Below are positions 34,199 to 43,482 of a stretch of 64,000 nucleotides of DNA, one piece after another (within the stretch, counting starts at the first letter, position 1; each line of letters begins with the position of its first letter). The stretch is from Candidatus Staskawiczbacteria bacterium (GTDB taxonomy: Bacteria > Patescibacteriota > Minisyncoccia > Minisyncoccales > Staskawiczbacteraceae), in contig JAHFKV010000001.1 in assembly GCA_023245155.1 (NCBI GenBank), positions 267,034 to 331,033 on the forward strand, written 5' to 3'. A program made the translations under genes and the position numbers. The notes below the pieces were generated by a model. The model was given only the letters and a program-made list of their open reading frames with translations, ran no database searches and was not told the origin of the DNA.

Positions 34199-35326
34199 AT
34201 GAAAAAACCCATTACCATTGCCATTATCGCCGCCCGCTTTCCGCCTCATGGAGAAATTGGCGGTATTGAAATTGCCACTCAACATATTGTAACTGGCTTG
34301 GCGCGCCGAGGAAACCGGGTTTTTGTTGTTGCCTCTGGGCCTGAAAAAAGTTTAGAAACATTGCATAGTGGCGCAACGATATATCGTCTGCCGATTCGCA
34401 AAATAAAATGGTTAGGGGGCCTGATATTTTGGCTGGATATTTTTTGGACCTTGGGAAAGATTAAGCCCGATATTGTTCATGTCCAAACGATACAGATGGC
34501 TCTGCCAGCTTTTTTTTATAAGAAAATCTGTCATCGGCCGTATGTGGTTTGGTGTCATGGATTTGATGTATATTTTCCCTGGAAAGGCAAAGCCATCATA
34601 GCCCCGGTTACGTTAACGGCCTCGGGGGCAGTGGTTGTCCTCACCAATCACATGGCGGAAGCAGTCAAGGCATATTACTTGAAAAAAAGCATCGTTTTGC
34701 CCAATGGCATTGATACTAATACCTTCAAAGGGTTTTCAAAACAAGCAATTCGTGATACCTTAAACGTACCCGTAGGCGGTAAAATAGTTATCTTTACCGG
34801 CAGGTTTTATCCGGTTAAGGGCCTGGGGTATTTAGTTGAAGCTTTTAGAACGGTCAGTCAAAAAATCCCCGAAGCAGAACTTTGGTTGGTGGGCAATGGC
34901 GCTGACCGGGAATCTCTGACGCAAGCGGTTGCGAAAAATGGTTTAACCGGGCGTGTGCGTTTTACAGGCGAAGTTTTGCACCAAAAAATCCCCGAGTATT
35001 TAGCCATGGCCGATGTATTTGCATTACCCAGTCTGTCTGAAGGATTTCCCCTGGTTATTTTAGAAGCTATGGCCCTGGGTCTGCCGATTGTGGCCAGTCG
35101 TGTTCGGGGGTTGCCTGAAATTATTACCGATGGGGAAAATGGATTTCTTGTTGAGCCGAAAAATTCGGCCCAGCTGGCTCAAAAAATTATTCAGCTGTTG
35201 GAAAACCCTGCCCTGCGCCAAAATATTTCTGATGCCAACAAAAAAAAATCACAACAGTATGATTGGGAGCGCGTTATTGATGCAATGGAAACTATCTATT
35301 CACAAGTGTTAACTGCTGTTACATGA
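34199..35326 (+). CDS. glycosyltransferase family 4 (GT-B)
   Basis: Has the C-terminal EGFPLVILEAMALGLPIVAS...G..G motif. Confidence 0.88.
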   Translation: MKKPITIAIIAARFPPHGEIGGIEIATQHIVTGLARRGNRVFVVASGPEKSLETLHSGATIYRLPIRKIKWLGGLIFWLDIFWTLGKIKPDIVHVQTIQMALPAFFYKKICHRPYVVWCHGFDVYFPWKGKAIIAPVTLTASGAVVVLTNHMAEAVKAYYLKKSIVLPNGIDTNTFKGFSKQAIRDTLNVPVGGKIVIFTGRFYPVKGLGYLVEAFRTVSQKIPEAELWLVGNGADRESLTQAVAKNGLTGRVRFTGEVLHQKIPEYLAMADVFALPSLSEGFPLVILEAMALGLPIVASRVRGLPEIITDGENGFLVEPKNSAQLAQKIIQLLENPALRQNISDANKKKSQQYDWERVIDAMETIYSQVLTAVT

Positions 35327-36234
35327 AAACTTACTTAGTTACCGGGGGAGCGGGTTTTATCGGGAGCCACTTAGTGGACGCGCTTGTCAAGCGTGGCCAC
35401 AGGGTTTTGGTGGTTGATAATTTGTCCGGGGGCCGTAAAGAAAACCTCAATCCCAAAGCTCGTTTTTACAAAGCCGACATTTGTGAATTTAAAACCATCA
35501 AACCTTTGTTTGCCGGCGTTGACGTGGTATTCCACTTGGCGGCTATTCCCAGAGTCCCGGTTTCCATGAAAGATCCGGTTGGAACTTCACGGGTTAATAT
35601 TTTAGGAACCATTAACGTATTCAAAGCTGCGGCCGAAGCCAAGGTGAAAAAAGTGATCTTTGCTTCTTCGTCATCGGTGTATGGCAATCAGAAAACCTCT
35701 CCCTTACAAGAAAGCATGGTTCCTGGCCCCCTGAGCCCCTATGCCCTTCAAAAACTGGTAGGCGAGCAGACTGCCAAGTTATTTACTGCCATATACAGGG
35801 TACCGATTATTTCCCTGCGTTATTTTAACGTGTATGGTCCGCGGATTGATTTTGATTCTGACTACAGCTTGGTGATGGGTAAATTTTTAAAATTAAAAAG
35901 TTTGAAAAAACCGCTCACGATTTTTGGGGATGGCAAGCAAACCCGCGGTTTCTGTTACATTGATGACGTGGTGTCAGCAAATATGAAAGCGGCGCAATCG
36001 GGTAAGGTTCAAGGAGGTGATATTATCAATGTTGGCAGCGCCAAATCGTATTCGGTTAACTTTCTGGCCCAATTAATGGGAGGGAAGGTGTTGCATCTGC
36101 CAAAGCGCGCGGGCGACGTGCTTCACACCAAAGCCGATATTTCCAAAGCTAAAAAACTCCTGGGCTGGCAGCCCCGGGTGCCTTTGGAAGAAGGATTGAA
36201 AAAAGTTCAAGCGTGGTTTGATAGTATTAAGTAA
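35323..36234 (+). CDS. NAD-dependent NDP-sugar epimerase/dehydratase (SDR)
   Basis: YLVTGGAGFIGSHLVDAL and YALQKLVGE. ATGA overlap with the upstream gene. Confidence 0.85.
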   Translation: MKTYLVTGGAGFIGSHLVDALVKRGHRVLVVDNLSGGRKENLNPKARFYKADICEFKTIKPLFAGVDVVFHLAAIPRVPVSMKDPVGTSRVNILGTINVFKAAAEAKVKKVIFASSSSVYGNQKTSPLQESMVPGPLSPYALQKLVGEQTAKLFTAIYRVPIISLRYFNVYGPRIDFDSDYSLVMGKFLKLKSLKKPLTIFGDGKQTRGFCYIDDVVSANMKAAQSGKVQGGDIINVGSAKSYSVNFLAQLMGGKVLHLPKRAGDVLHTKADISKAKKLLGWQPRVPLEEGLKKVQAWFDSIK

Positions 36235-36242
36235 TTTTTATC

Positions 36243-37076
36243 ATGCAAGAAAAGTTATTAAAACAGATAAGCGTGGGGATTGCGGGCACGGGTATGGTGG
36301 GCGGAGCCTTAAAAACCTATTTTGAAAAAAAGGGCATTACCCCGTTTTTGTATGACAAGGGAAAAAATATAGGTTCCATGGACGAGGTGAATAAAGCCGA
36401 TATGATTTTTATCTGCGTGCCCACTCCTTTTGACGCAAAAACCGGCGGCTTTGATTTGTCCTACGTACGTGAAGTCTGTGGCCAGATTATGGGGGGGAAA
36501 ATCATTGTCATTAAATCTACGGTGGTTCCGGGAAGCACTGAACAGTTGCAAAAAGAATACCCCCAGCATCGGTTTTTATTTAACCCGGAATTTTTAACTG
36601 AATTAACTGCCGATCAGGATATGAGTTACCCAGACCGCCAGATTGTTGGCTATACCAAAGAAAGTTTTACGGTCGCCGCTGATTTGCTGTTGCTGTTGCC
36701 ACTGGCTCCCTTCGAAAAAATCATCCCAGCTACCGAAGCCGAATTAGTCAAATACTTTGGCAATACCTGGTTTGCCACGAAAGTGGTGTTTGCCAATCAA
36801 ATGTATGACTTGTGCCAAAAAATCGGGGCTGATTATGAGATGATTATGGAAAGCGCCGCCGCCGACAAGCGGATCGGCCGCAGCCACCTGGAAGTGATAC
36901 ATAAAGGGTATCGGGGCTACGGTGGCAAGTGCCTGCCCAAAGATATCCGGGCTCTGATCCAATTTGCCACAGTCAAAGGAGTTGATTTGAAATTGCATAA
37001 AACCGTTGAAGACATCAACAATCAGTTGCTCAAAGACCAAAGCATTGAAGATGCTGAAAGTTTTTCAAAGCGATGA
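36243..37076 (+). CDS. UDP-glucose/GDP-mannose dehydrogenase family protein, short form
   Basis: GIAGTGMVGGAL, IFICVPTP and catalytic GGKCLPKD. Only 277 aa, so it appears to lack the C-terminal UDP-binding domain. Confidence 0.7.
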   Translation: MQEKLLKQISVGIAGTGMVGGALKTYFEKKGITPFLYDKGKNIGSMDEVNKADMIFICVPTPFDAKTGGFDLSYVREVCGQIMGGKIIVIKSTVVPGSTEQLQKEYPQHRFLFNPEFLTELTADQDMSYPDRQIVGYTKESFTVAADLLLLLPLAPFEKIIPATEAELVKYFGNTWFATKVVFANQMYDLCQKIGADYEMIMESAAADKRIGRSHLEVIHKGYRGYGGKCLPKDIRALIQFATVKGVDLKLHKTVEDINNQLLKDQSIEDAESFSKR

Positions 37077-38242
37077 AGGTTTTGTACTTAACGTTTGACG
37101 GTATTACCGATCCCTTGGGTCAGTCCCAAGTGCTGCCCTATGTGGAAGGTTTGGCTAAGCAGGGTGTTCAGTTCCAATTGGTGAGCCTAGAAAAGAATCT
37201 GAAAAAAGCCCGGGAGTTTTTACCGCAGATACAAAATCCAAATATTCATTGGTATCGGTTGCGCTATGTGAAGGTCCGTTTTCTGGGAGCGGTGATAAAT
37301 GAAGCCCAAGTGTTTTTTCGGGTTTTTTTTGTGCTTTTATCTAAGTCAATAGATATCTTTCATTGCCGGTCATATTTGCCCTTGGTGCCAGCGTTAGTTT
37401 TTCAAAAGTTCTTTGGGTACAAGATTATTTTTGATATGCGCGGCTTTTGGCCTGAAGGCCTGGTGGAAGTTGGCCGTATCAAGAAAGATTCGGCGGCCTT
37501 TACGGTTTTAAAAATGCTTGAGCGATGGGGGGTTTTATGCTCAGATCATATCGTAGTTCTTACGCCTGAAGCTCAAGAAATGTTAGTTTCTCAATATCCC
37601 AAAAAAGCCGGCCAAATTACTTGGATGCCCACCTGTGTTGATGAGGAAAAGTTTGGTAATGTTCCTCCCATTTCTTTTGCCCAAAAGTTTGTGATAGTGT
37701 ATTCAGGCAGCCTCTGGAATTATTGTGATACCCCTGCCATGCTTGATTTCTTTGTAGCAGTGAAAAAAATGGTTCCAGAAGCCCATTTTTTGTTATTGGG
37801 AAATAATCAGCCAGAAAAAATCCTTCCATTGTTTGCTGAACGTAATATTTCAGAAAAAGCGTACACGGTGCTCACCGTTCCCCCAAGTCAAGTGCCTGCT
37901 TACTTGGCGGGCAGTCAGGTGGGGATTTCGTTCCGGAAAGATTTTTATTCTGAAAAAGCCGCTTTTCCCACCAAGCTAGCAGAATACTTAATGAGTGGCC
38001 TGCCGGTAGTGGCCAACACTGCCTCGCCCCATATTACTCATTTGATAACTTCGCAAAAAGTGGGTATTATAGTAGAAGCTTTTAATTCAGAATCTTTTCA
38101 GAAAGCCGCCACCGACTTGTTGGCGTTAATGAAAGATCCCAATTTGCCAAAACGTTGCCAAGAGACTGCCAAAAAGTATTTGGAAAACCGGGTATGCATT
38201 AACGCCTACGCGAATATATATCATGAATTGCAGAAATTGTAA
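37073..38242 (+). CDS. glycosyltransferase family 4-like (GT-B)
   Basis: 389 aa, MKVLYLTFDGITDPLGQSQV... N-terminus. ATGA overlap with the upstream gene. Confidence 0.75.
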   Translation: MKVLYLTFDGITDPLGQSQVLPYVEGLAKQGVQFQLVSLEKNLKKAREFLPQIQNPNIHWYRLRYVKVRFLGAVINEAQVFFRVFFVLLSKSIDIFHCRSYLPLVPALVFQKFFGYKIIFDMRGFWPEGLVEVGRIKKDSAAFTVLKMLERWGVLCSDHIVVLTPEAQEMLVSQYPKKAGQITWMPTCVDEEKFGNVPPISFAQKFVIVYSGSLWNYCDTPAMLDFFVAVKKMVPEAHFLLLGNNQPEKILPLFAERNISEKAYTVLTVPPSQVPAYLAGSQVGISFRKDFYSEKAAFPTKLAEYLMSGLPVVANTASPHITHLITSQKVGIIVEAFNSESFQKAATDLLALMKDPNLPKRCQETAKKYLENRVCINAYANIYHELQKL

Positions 38243-39437
38243 AAAATCTATTACAGAATTTTTTTCTCTGGGGCAGATGCCTTCGGTGAATACATTTCTT
38301 AAACAAGAAGAAATCGCCACGGAAAAAAAGTATGATTTGAGTGTTGGGTTTTGCCCTCATTGCTTTTTAGTCCAGCTGATCAATAACATACCACCCGAAG
38401 ATATTTTTACTCATTATGTTTATTTCTCATCAGTTTCCCAATACTTTTTGGAACATTGTAAAAAAACAGCAAAGTACTTAACTGAAAAGTTACATTTGAA
38501 TAAAGAGAGTTTGGTTTTAGAAATTGCCAGCAATGACGGCGCCCAGCTGCAATATTTTCAAGAATTAGGAATACCGGTCCTGGGTGTAGATCCGGCCCAA
38601 AATATCACCAGAATTGCCGAAGCAAAAGGGATAAAAACCATCACGGCATTTTTTAATCATCATCTTGCCAAGCAGCTACGAGAAAAAAATATACGGGCAG
38701 ATTTGGTTTTTGGTTCTAACGTATTAGCCCATGTTCCAGAAATCGTAGATTTTTTACATGGAGTAAAACAAGTGTTAAAGCCCAAAGGGACGGCAGTTTT
38801 TGAATTTCCCTATATGAAAGGTTTGTTGGAAAACAAGTTTGACACCATTTATCACGAACATGTTTTTTATTATTCTCTGATTGCATTGGTAAATCTCTTT
38901 AAAACTGCGGGATTAGAAATTTATGATGTTGAAATGACGCCCATGCAAGGAGGTTCTTTAATGATTTACGCCAGCTGCCCCGGGGTTTTCCCTATCCATA
39001 ACCATGTGAAAGATCTTGTGGCAGAGGAAATAAAGAGCGGTTTTAACTTGCTTGGAACATATCAAAAAATGGGTCAAAATGTGCTGGCCTTAAAGTATTC
39101 GTTAGTTGATGTCTTAAAAAGTATTAAACGTGAAGGAAAAAAAATAGTTGCTTACTCGGCTCCAGCAAAGGGGAATACGTTATTAAACTATTTTAATATC
39201 AACAAGAATTATTTAGATTTTATCGTTGATAAATCAAAAGCAAAACAAGGATTATATACTCCCGGAACACACTTATTAGTTGAACCCGTAGAGAAAATAT
39301 ACGAGACTAGGCCAGATTATTTATTGATATTATGCTGGAATATTGTTGATGAAGTGGTAGTCATGGAAGAATTACAAGAATGGCGCCGGGGTGGTGGAAA
39401 ATTTATCATTGCCGTACCAAGCATAAAAATTTTATAA
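38223..39437 (+). CDS. NDP-hexose C-methyltransferase (TylCIII/NovU-like)
   Basis: N-terminal Zn ribbon CRNC...CPHC, SAM-binding core (LEIASNDG) and a C-terminal C-methyltransferase-type domain. Confidence 0.8.
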   Translation: MNCRNCKKSITEFFSLGQMPSVNTFLKQEEIATEKKYDLSVGFCPHCFLVQLINNIPPEDIFTHYVYFSSVSQYFLEHCKKTAKYLTEKLHLNKESLVLEIASNDGAQLQYFQELGIPVLGVDPAQNITRIAEAKGIKTITAFFNHHLAKQLREKNIRADLVFGSNVLAHVPEIVDFLHGVKQVLKPKGTAVFEFPYMKGLLENKFDTIYHEHVFYYSLIALVNLFKTAGLEIYDVEMTPMQGGSLMIYASCPGVFPIHNHVKDLVAEEIKSGFNLLGTYQKMGQNVLALKYSLVDVLKSIKREGKKIVAYSAPAKGNTLLNYFNINKNYLDFIVDKSKAKQGLYTPGTHLLVEPVEKIYETRPDYLLILCWNIVDEVVVMEELQEWRRGGGKFIIAVPSIKIL

Positions 39438-39460
39438 AAAGCGGGCAGCAAAATTCAGTA

Positions 39461-39988
39461 ATGCAATTTACTAAAACAAAATTAGAGGGGCTCTATATCT
39501 TAGAACCTGAGTTAAAAACTGATGAACGCGGATTTTTTGCCAGAACTTTTTGCAAAGATGAATTATTAAAGTTAGGGATTGTATTTGATATTGTGCAAGC
39601 AAATATGTCTTTTAATATAAAAAAAGGCACGTTGCGGGGAATGCATTTTCAGGCATCTCCCAAAGCTGAAGATAAGATCGTGCAATGCGCTCGGGGGACA
39701 ATTTACGACGTAGTCATTGATTTACGTGAAAATTCAAGTACGTATGGCCAATGGGTAGGTGAAGAATTATCCGAGAAAAATAAAAGAATGCTTTTAATTC
39801 CAAAGGGGTGCGCGCAAGGATTTTTAACGTTGACTGATAATTGTCTGTTGCAGTATTTAATGTCAGAATTTTACGATCCTAAATATGCCAATGGAGTACG
39901 TTTTGACGATCCTTATTTTCACATTACTTGGCCGATAAAAAATCCCATTGTTTTGGAAAGAGATATGCATTGGCCCCTCATGAAATGA
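39461..39988 (+). CDS. rfbC: dTDP-4-dehydrorhamnose 3,5-epimerase family (RmlC-like)
   Basis: GLYILEPELKTDERGFFARTF...LRGMHFQ...KIVQCARGTIYDVVIDLR. Confidence 0.9.
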   Translation: MQFTKTKLEGLYILEPELKTDERGFFARTFCKDELLKLGIVFDIVQANMSFNIKKGTLRGMHFQASPKAEDKIVQCARGTIYDVVIDLRENSSTYGQWVGEELSEKNKRMLLIPKGCAQGFLTLTDNCLLQYLMSEFYDPKYANGVRFDDPYFHITWPIKNPIVLERDMHWPLMK

Positions 39989-40851
39989 AAAAGATATTAC
40001 TGATTGGTAAAACCGGCCAACTGGGAGCAGAGCTGATGAAGGATGCAGCCGCTCGTGGATTTAAAATTGCAGGATATGAAAAAGACCAATTGGATATTAC
40101 CAATGTTAATGAAGTGCGGGAAAAAATAGCGCAAGAGAAGCCCTCTATTGTTATCAATACTGCAGCTTACCATGTGCTACCCTTGTGTGAAAAAAATCCT
40201 CTCCTGGCCATGGCGATAAATTTTGTCGCCGTTAATAATTTGGCCAGAATATGCAAAGAACATAATATTCTTTTTGTTACTTATAGTACCGATTATGTGT
40301 TTGATGGCCAAAAGGGGTCTCCCTATCAAGAAGATGATCTAACTAGCCCTCTTCAAGTGTATGGGATGTCTAAGCTGGCGGGAGAATATGCAGCTTTACA
40401 TTCTCATCCTGGCGGGACGTTTATTATTAGGACGTGCGGGCTTTATGGGGGCGAGAATGGCAGTCTTCAAAAGGGAGGGAATTTTGTTTTAAATATTATC
40501 AAACAAGCAACTTCTCAAAAAACAATTGAGGTGGGTTCTGAGCAGGTGGTTAGTCCCACCTATGCGGGAGATCTTAGCAAGGCAACCCTAGATTTATTCA
40601 AATTTGCCGCGGTGCCAGGAATCTATCACCTTGTTAATGAGGGGCAATGTAGTTGGTACGAACTGGCGCGGGAAACTTTTGCGTTAGCTAACATAGATGC
40701 AAAAATAATCCCAGTCAATCGGAGTGGCCAAGGCGCACAGATGAAGCGCCCGCTCTTTTCTGCCCTCCAGAATACGAAGGCCAAAGCCCTGGGAATCCAG
40801 TTACCCTCTTGGCAAGAAGGCTTAAAATCGTACATAATGAAAAGAATATGA
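39985..40851 (+). CDS. rfbD: dTDP-4-dehydrorhamnose reductase family (RmlD-like)
   Basis: MKKILLIGKTGQLG...YGMSKLAGE. ATGA overlap with rfbC. Confidence 0.88.
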   Translation: MKKILLIGKTGQLGAELMKDAAARGFKIAGYEKDQLDITNVNEVREKIAQEKPSIVINTAAYHVLPLCEKNPLLAMAINFVAVNNLARICKEHNILFVTYSTDYVFDGQKGSPYQEDDLTSPLQVYGMSKLAGEYAALHSHPGGTFIIRTCGLYGGENGSLQKGGNFVLNIIKQATSQKTIEVGSEQVVSPTYAGDLSKATLDLFKFAAVPGIYHLVNEGQCSWYELARETFALANIDAKIIPVNRSGQGAQMKRPLFSALQNTKAKALGIQLPSWQEGLKSYIMKRI

Positions 40852-41936
40852 AAATACTATTTCTTGCTGCCTACTCAGAGTTGGGCGCTGCAAGTAGAAT
40901 TAAGGTATATCAATTTCTGCCATTACTGGAAAAAAGGGGCGTAACATGCAAAACGATTTGTTTTACACCTTCTTTTTTATATCGGATGAGGCTGGCTTCA
41001 ACAGTTCATAGAAATTTATTACTGGTATATTATCCATTATCTTATATTGCCAAGGTGTATAAAGCGCTCCAGGCAATTGTGATTGCTCCCAGGTTTGATA
41101 TTGTCTTTATTAATGAGCCGATTATCCCCCTTGGCCTGGAGAAGTGGTTGAGGTTTGCCAATCAGAATATTGTTTTTCAATTCTCAGACGCAGTATTCTT
41201 GGATATGCAAGAAGGGGCGACTCTTTTTGAGAGATTAAAATTACGAACCTTGTCTCAAGTTTGGAAAAGAACGGTTATGATTGCTAAGGCATGTTTAGTT
41301 GATAACAGCTATACTAAATCAGCTGTTTTACCGTTTTGCCCGAACATAGAAGAAATGCCGGGTCCGGTGGACACCGTTAAATATTTTTTCAAAGAAAATA
41401 CCAAAAAAGACAAGGCGGTTATTATTGGATGGATTGGCACTCCCTTTAACGCAAAATATTTACAGGTTGTCAAAAATGCTTTTCAGGAGTTACAGAAAAA
41501 CCACCATATTATCTTGCGGCTGGTAGGCCCGGAGAAATATTTTAAGATGGAGGGTGTCAATTTTGAGTTGCCCGAATGGAGACTTGATGCTGAAGTTTCG
41601 TGGCTTTCTACTTTTGACATTGGTATTATGCCGCTTACCGATGATCCTTGGACCCGGGGCAAAGCAGGTTATAAACTGTTGCAATACATGTCAATGGGTA
41701 TTCCTCCGGTAGCTTCTCCGGTTGGGTTTAACCAAGAATTAATTCAAGACGGGGTGAATGGTTTTTTAGCAAATAGCCAAGAAGATTGGGTTAAAAAACT
41801 TTCGTTGTTAATTGAAAACGCTCAATTGCGAAAAACCATAGGGGAACAGGCCCGGGCTACGATTGAACAGAAATATTCATTACATAAGGCCGAGGAAAAG
41901 TTGTTAACGATATTTAAGCATATCATCAGCGCATAA
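40848..41936 (+). CDS. glycosyltransferase family 4-like (GT-B)
   Basis: 363 aa with C-terminal KLLQYMSMGIPPVASPVG...G.NGFL. ATGA overlap with the upstream gene. Confidence 0.75.
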   Translation: MKILFLAAYSELGAASRIKVYQFLPLLEKRGVTCKTICFTPSFLYRMRLASTVHRNLLLVYYPLSYIAKVYKALQAIVIAPRFDIVFINEPIIPLGLEKWLRFANQNIVFQFSDAVFLDMQEGATLFERLKLRTLSQVWKRTVMIAKACLVDNSYTKSAVLPFCPNIEEMPGPVDTVKYFFKENTKKDKAVIIGWIGTPFNAKYLQVVKNAFQELQKNHHIILRLVGPEKYFKMEGVNFELPEWRLDAEVSWLSTFDIGIMPLTDDPWTRGKAGYKLLQYMSMGIPPVASPVGFNQELIQDGVNGFLANSQEDWVKKLSLLIENAQLRKTIGEQARATIEQKYSLHKAEEKLLTIFKHIISA

Positions 41937-41937
41937 C

Positions 41938-43482
41938 ATGATGAATCTATTACCTAAAAAACTCTTGGTATCTTTTACGGTGGCATTGATGGGGATTCTT
42001 TTAGTTGCGCGCTACTTTGACCGGGCGCTTTTTTTCGGCATAGCCTTAGTGGCAGTCTTAACCTTGATTACCTTGGGTATTTTTTACGTGTGCGGGATCA
42101 GAGACAAAAGGTTATACGGGCTGTTTTTCCTTACCTTGGTCATCCACGCGGCGGCGGTACTTTTTTTCTACTATGCTAAGTTTCAGCCGTTTGGCGAAGG
42201 CGACTTTATTCATTACCAGCAAACCGCTGAACAAATTGCCCAGCGTTTTGGCCATGGGATTTTTTCTTGGGATGGGCTATGGGTGCCCCATGGGTATCCG
42301 GTTCTCATCGGTATTATCTATACCCTGACGGTCCCCAGTATGCTGGTTGGGCAACTATTTTCCGCTTGGCTGGCGGCGTTATCGGTGGCTCTGGTTTTTC
42401 TGCTCATTATGGAAATGAGTTCTTCAAAAGAGTGGCCGGTTGCCATCGGGCTGATTATGGCGGTGTATCCCAGCTATCTTTTTTTTGGGGGCTTATTGCT
42501 CAAAGACACGGTTATTATCCCATTGGTAATATCGGGAATTTTGGTTTCGTTAAAAATGTTTAAAAGTTTTTCCTGGCCCAAGTTCATGCTGTTCTTTGCG
42601 ATTCTAACGGCGTTAATCCATTTGCGGTTTTACGTGGGGTTTGCATTAATGTTCAGTTTTATCATAAGTTGGTTTTTGATTTCAAATTTCACGGCCAAGC
42701 AACGCTTGGGTTATGGAGCGATTATGGTGTTTTTGTTGGGTTTTTCTCCCTGGCTTTTACATTACGGTTATTTTGGCTCAATCCCGCTGAAAGGTTATCT
42801 AAATGAAAAAACCATTGTCAGTTATCGGGAGGTGGTGTATGCCCCTAATCCGGTGGCGCCTCCGCCCGCCCCCGCCCCGCCGCCGGTTGTGGCAAAGCCC
42901 GTTTTACTGCCAACTGCCACGGTTGTTACTCCTGCTCCGCCGCCCTCGCCAAGCCCTGAACCGCCAAAAAAAAATTACTGTGAAGATTGCCCCCTAAAAG
43001 ACCAGGGCGTGGGCTCTTCCTTTGTGGTGCATACTGATTTTCATAATCCGATAAAATTCGCTTACAATTATTTTGTTTCGTTTACATACAGCTTGCTTGG
43101 CCCCTTTCCCTGGCAGATACGGCATGCCCGGCAAATCTTAGCTCTGGTAGAAACCATTCCCTGGTATTTTCTCATTGGGCTTTTTATCTATGGTTTAGCC
43201 AAGTCATTTGCAGCCGAAGGTTTTTTGAAAACTGCCAAGCGCTATACGGTTGGCATCCCTTTATTTCTGTTTGCGCTCATGTCGTTGGGGGCGCTATCCT
43301 TGTTTATTGCAAATTTTGGAATTATCGCCCGGATTCGCATGCCGAGCTTAATTATTCTTTTATGCCTCATTTCCCTTGACCAGTGGTCGTCTGGTATTCT
43401 GAAAAAAGTATTTCATTCTTATGCGACAACGTTTACTGGATTTCATCGTGTGTCCCTTGTGCGGAAAAGATCTGAGCAGTAG
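41938..43482 (+). CDS. polytopic membrane protein, GT-C-like glycosyltransferase or polymerase candidate
   Basis: 514 aa, more than 10 TM segments. Acidic motif FGEGDF after the early TM segments. A ~45-aa Pro-rich loop (PNPVAPPPAPAPPPVV...PPPSPSPEPP). Confidence 0.45.
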   Translation: MMNLLPKKLLVSFTVALMGILLVARYFDRALFFGIALVAVLTLITLGIFYVCGIRDKRLYGLFFLTLVIHAAAVLFFYYAKFQPFGEGDFIHYQQTAEQIAQRFGHGIFSWDGLWVPHGYPVLIGIIYTLTVPSMLVGQLFSAWLAALSVALVFLLIMEMSSSKEWPVAIGLIMAVYPSYLFFGGLLLKDTVIIPLVISGILVSLKMFKSFSWPKFMLFFAILTALIHLRFYVGFALMFSFIISWFLISNFTAKQRLGYGAIMVFLLGFSPWLLHYGYFGSIPLKGYLNEKTIVSYREVVYAPNPVAPPPAPAPPPVVAKPVLLPTATVVTPAPPPSPSPEPPKKNYCEDCPLKDQGVGSSFVVHTDFHNPIKFAYNYFVSFTYSLLGPFPWQIRHARQILALVETIPWYFLIGLFIYGLAKSFAAEGFLKTAKRYTVGIPLFLFALMSLGALSLFIANFGIIARIRMPSLIILLCLISLDQWSSGILKKVFHSYATTFTGFHRVSLVRKRSEQ

